From an uncultured Candidatus Binatia bacterium (GTDB taxonomy: Bacteria; Desulfobacterota; Binatia; UBA9968; JAJDTQ01): a stretch of 64,000 bases of DNA. Below, piece by piece: positions 63,466-64,000 of the stretch (position 1 is its first letter; the number at the start of each line of letters is the position of its first letter). The position numbers and the translations under genes are program-made. The stretch lies in contig OZ219754.1 in the NCBI GenBank assembly GCA_964291295.2, forward strand, positions 224,001 through 288,000, in the 5' to 3' direction. Under the pieces are notes generated by a model, which did not search any database, was not told the DNA's origin, and worked only from the letters and a program-made list of their open reading frames with translations.

Positions 63466-64000
63466 ATGGGCCTGACGGTTTACAGGGTTCCCGGGTGGGA
63501 GGCCGAACCCGGATTGCAACACGGTTTTGTCGGCCGGAGCGGCGGCAACAGCCGGGGCGCGTTCGCAAGCCTCAACGTCTCCTTCACGGTGGGCGACGAC
63601 CCGGTGTCGGTCAAGGACAACTACCGCGCCATGAAACGCGCCGTGGGCATGGACGGCACACCGATGGCGACCATGCGGCAACGACACGGCGACCGGATCA
63701 TCGACGTCGCCTGGCCGTGCAAGGACGCCGGCGAGGGCGACGCCATGGTGACGGACGCTCCCGGGGTATTCATCGGGGTGCTCACCGCGGACTGCGTGCC
63801 CATCATCTGCTGGGGGCATGCGCGCCGGCGAAGACTGGCCGCGGTGATCCACGCGGGCTGGCGCGGGACCCTGGCCAACCTGGCCGCCAGGGCGGTGCGG
63901 CATATCGCCAGCCGCTACGGGATGCGCCCGGAGGAGCTCTCCTGTGCTCTGGGACCGGCCATCGGAGGTTGCTGCTACGAAATCGGCCCGAGGGTTTCGG
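63466..64000 (+). CDS. pgeF: Peptidoglycan editing factor PgeF/YfiH (purine nucleoside enzyme), 3'-partial
   Basis: SLN, QRHG, DAMVT, TADCVP, HAGWRG and GPAIGGCCYE; runs off the window end. Confidence 0.92.
   Translation, partial: MGLTVYRVPGWEAEPGLQHGFVGRSGGNSRGAFASLNVSFTVGDDPVSVKDNYRAMKRAVGMDGTPMATMRQRHGDRIIDVAWPCKDAGEGDAMVTDAPGVFIGVLTADCVPIICWGHARRRRLAAVIHAGWRGTLANLAARAVRHIASRYGMRPEELSCALGPAIGGCCYEIGPRVS

Overview
High-GC bacterial window, with gene order resembling Deltaproteobacteria/Binatota; the surface-protein types suggest a host- or sponge-associated organism, which is inference. 1-7.1 kb holds a type I-G (I-U, Csx17 subtype) CRISPR interference module: cas3 (5' end outside the window), cas8g, cas7g and csb2, with no cas1/2/4 and no recognisable array in the window. 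7.3-14.4 kb is accessory: MBL hydrolase, methyltransferase, LLM oxidoreductase, and an autotransporter whose passenger is four near-identical copies of an unrecognised 132-aa helical domain, ending at tRNA-Asn. Next come a Mut7-C/DUF983/aminopeptidase/ABC operon and a ~2300-aa Fn3/Calx-beta autotransporter with a 621-bp duplication, a His-rich insertion and extreme G-skew. 28-46 kb is a long minus-strand housekeeping block (tilS-ftsH-folP-glmM-pdxJ-nnr-tsaE-lysC-cimA-cysE-mnmA-mtaB-rnc-purM-purN). It is followed by an aminotransferase-Rieske dioxygenase-Zn dehydrogenase cluster and a decaying defence islet at 50-55.4 kb (SauUSI-like PLD-helicase-DUF3427, ISAs1 scar, PDG glycosylase, broken higBA). 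The rest comprises LLM/hydrolases, lsrF, rpoZ, bioB, NUDIX, a Cys-less isomerase-family gene, a ~200-bp hairpin and partial pgeF. The best novelty candidates are the modular, G-skewed autotransporter pair, the 33-bp repeat-spacer-repeat at the defence-islet border, and pervasive short tandem doublets in intergenic DNA. All calls are from reading the sequence; no searches were run.
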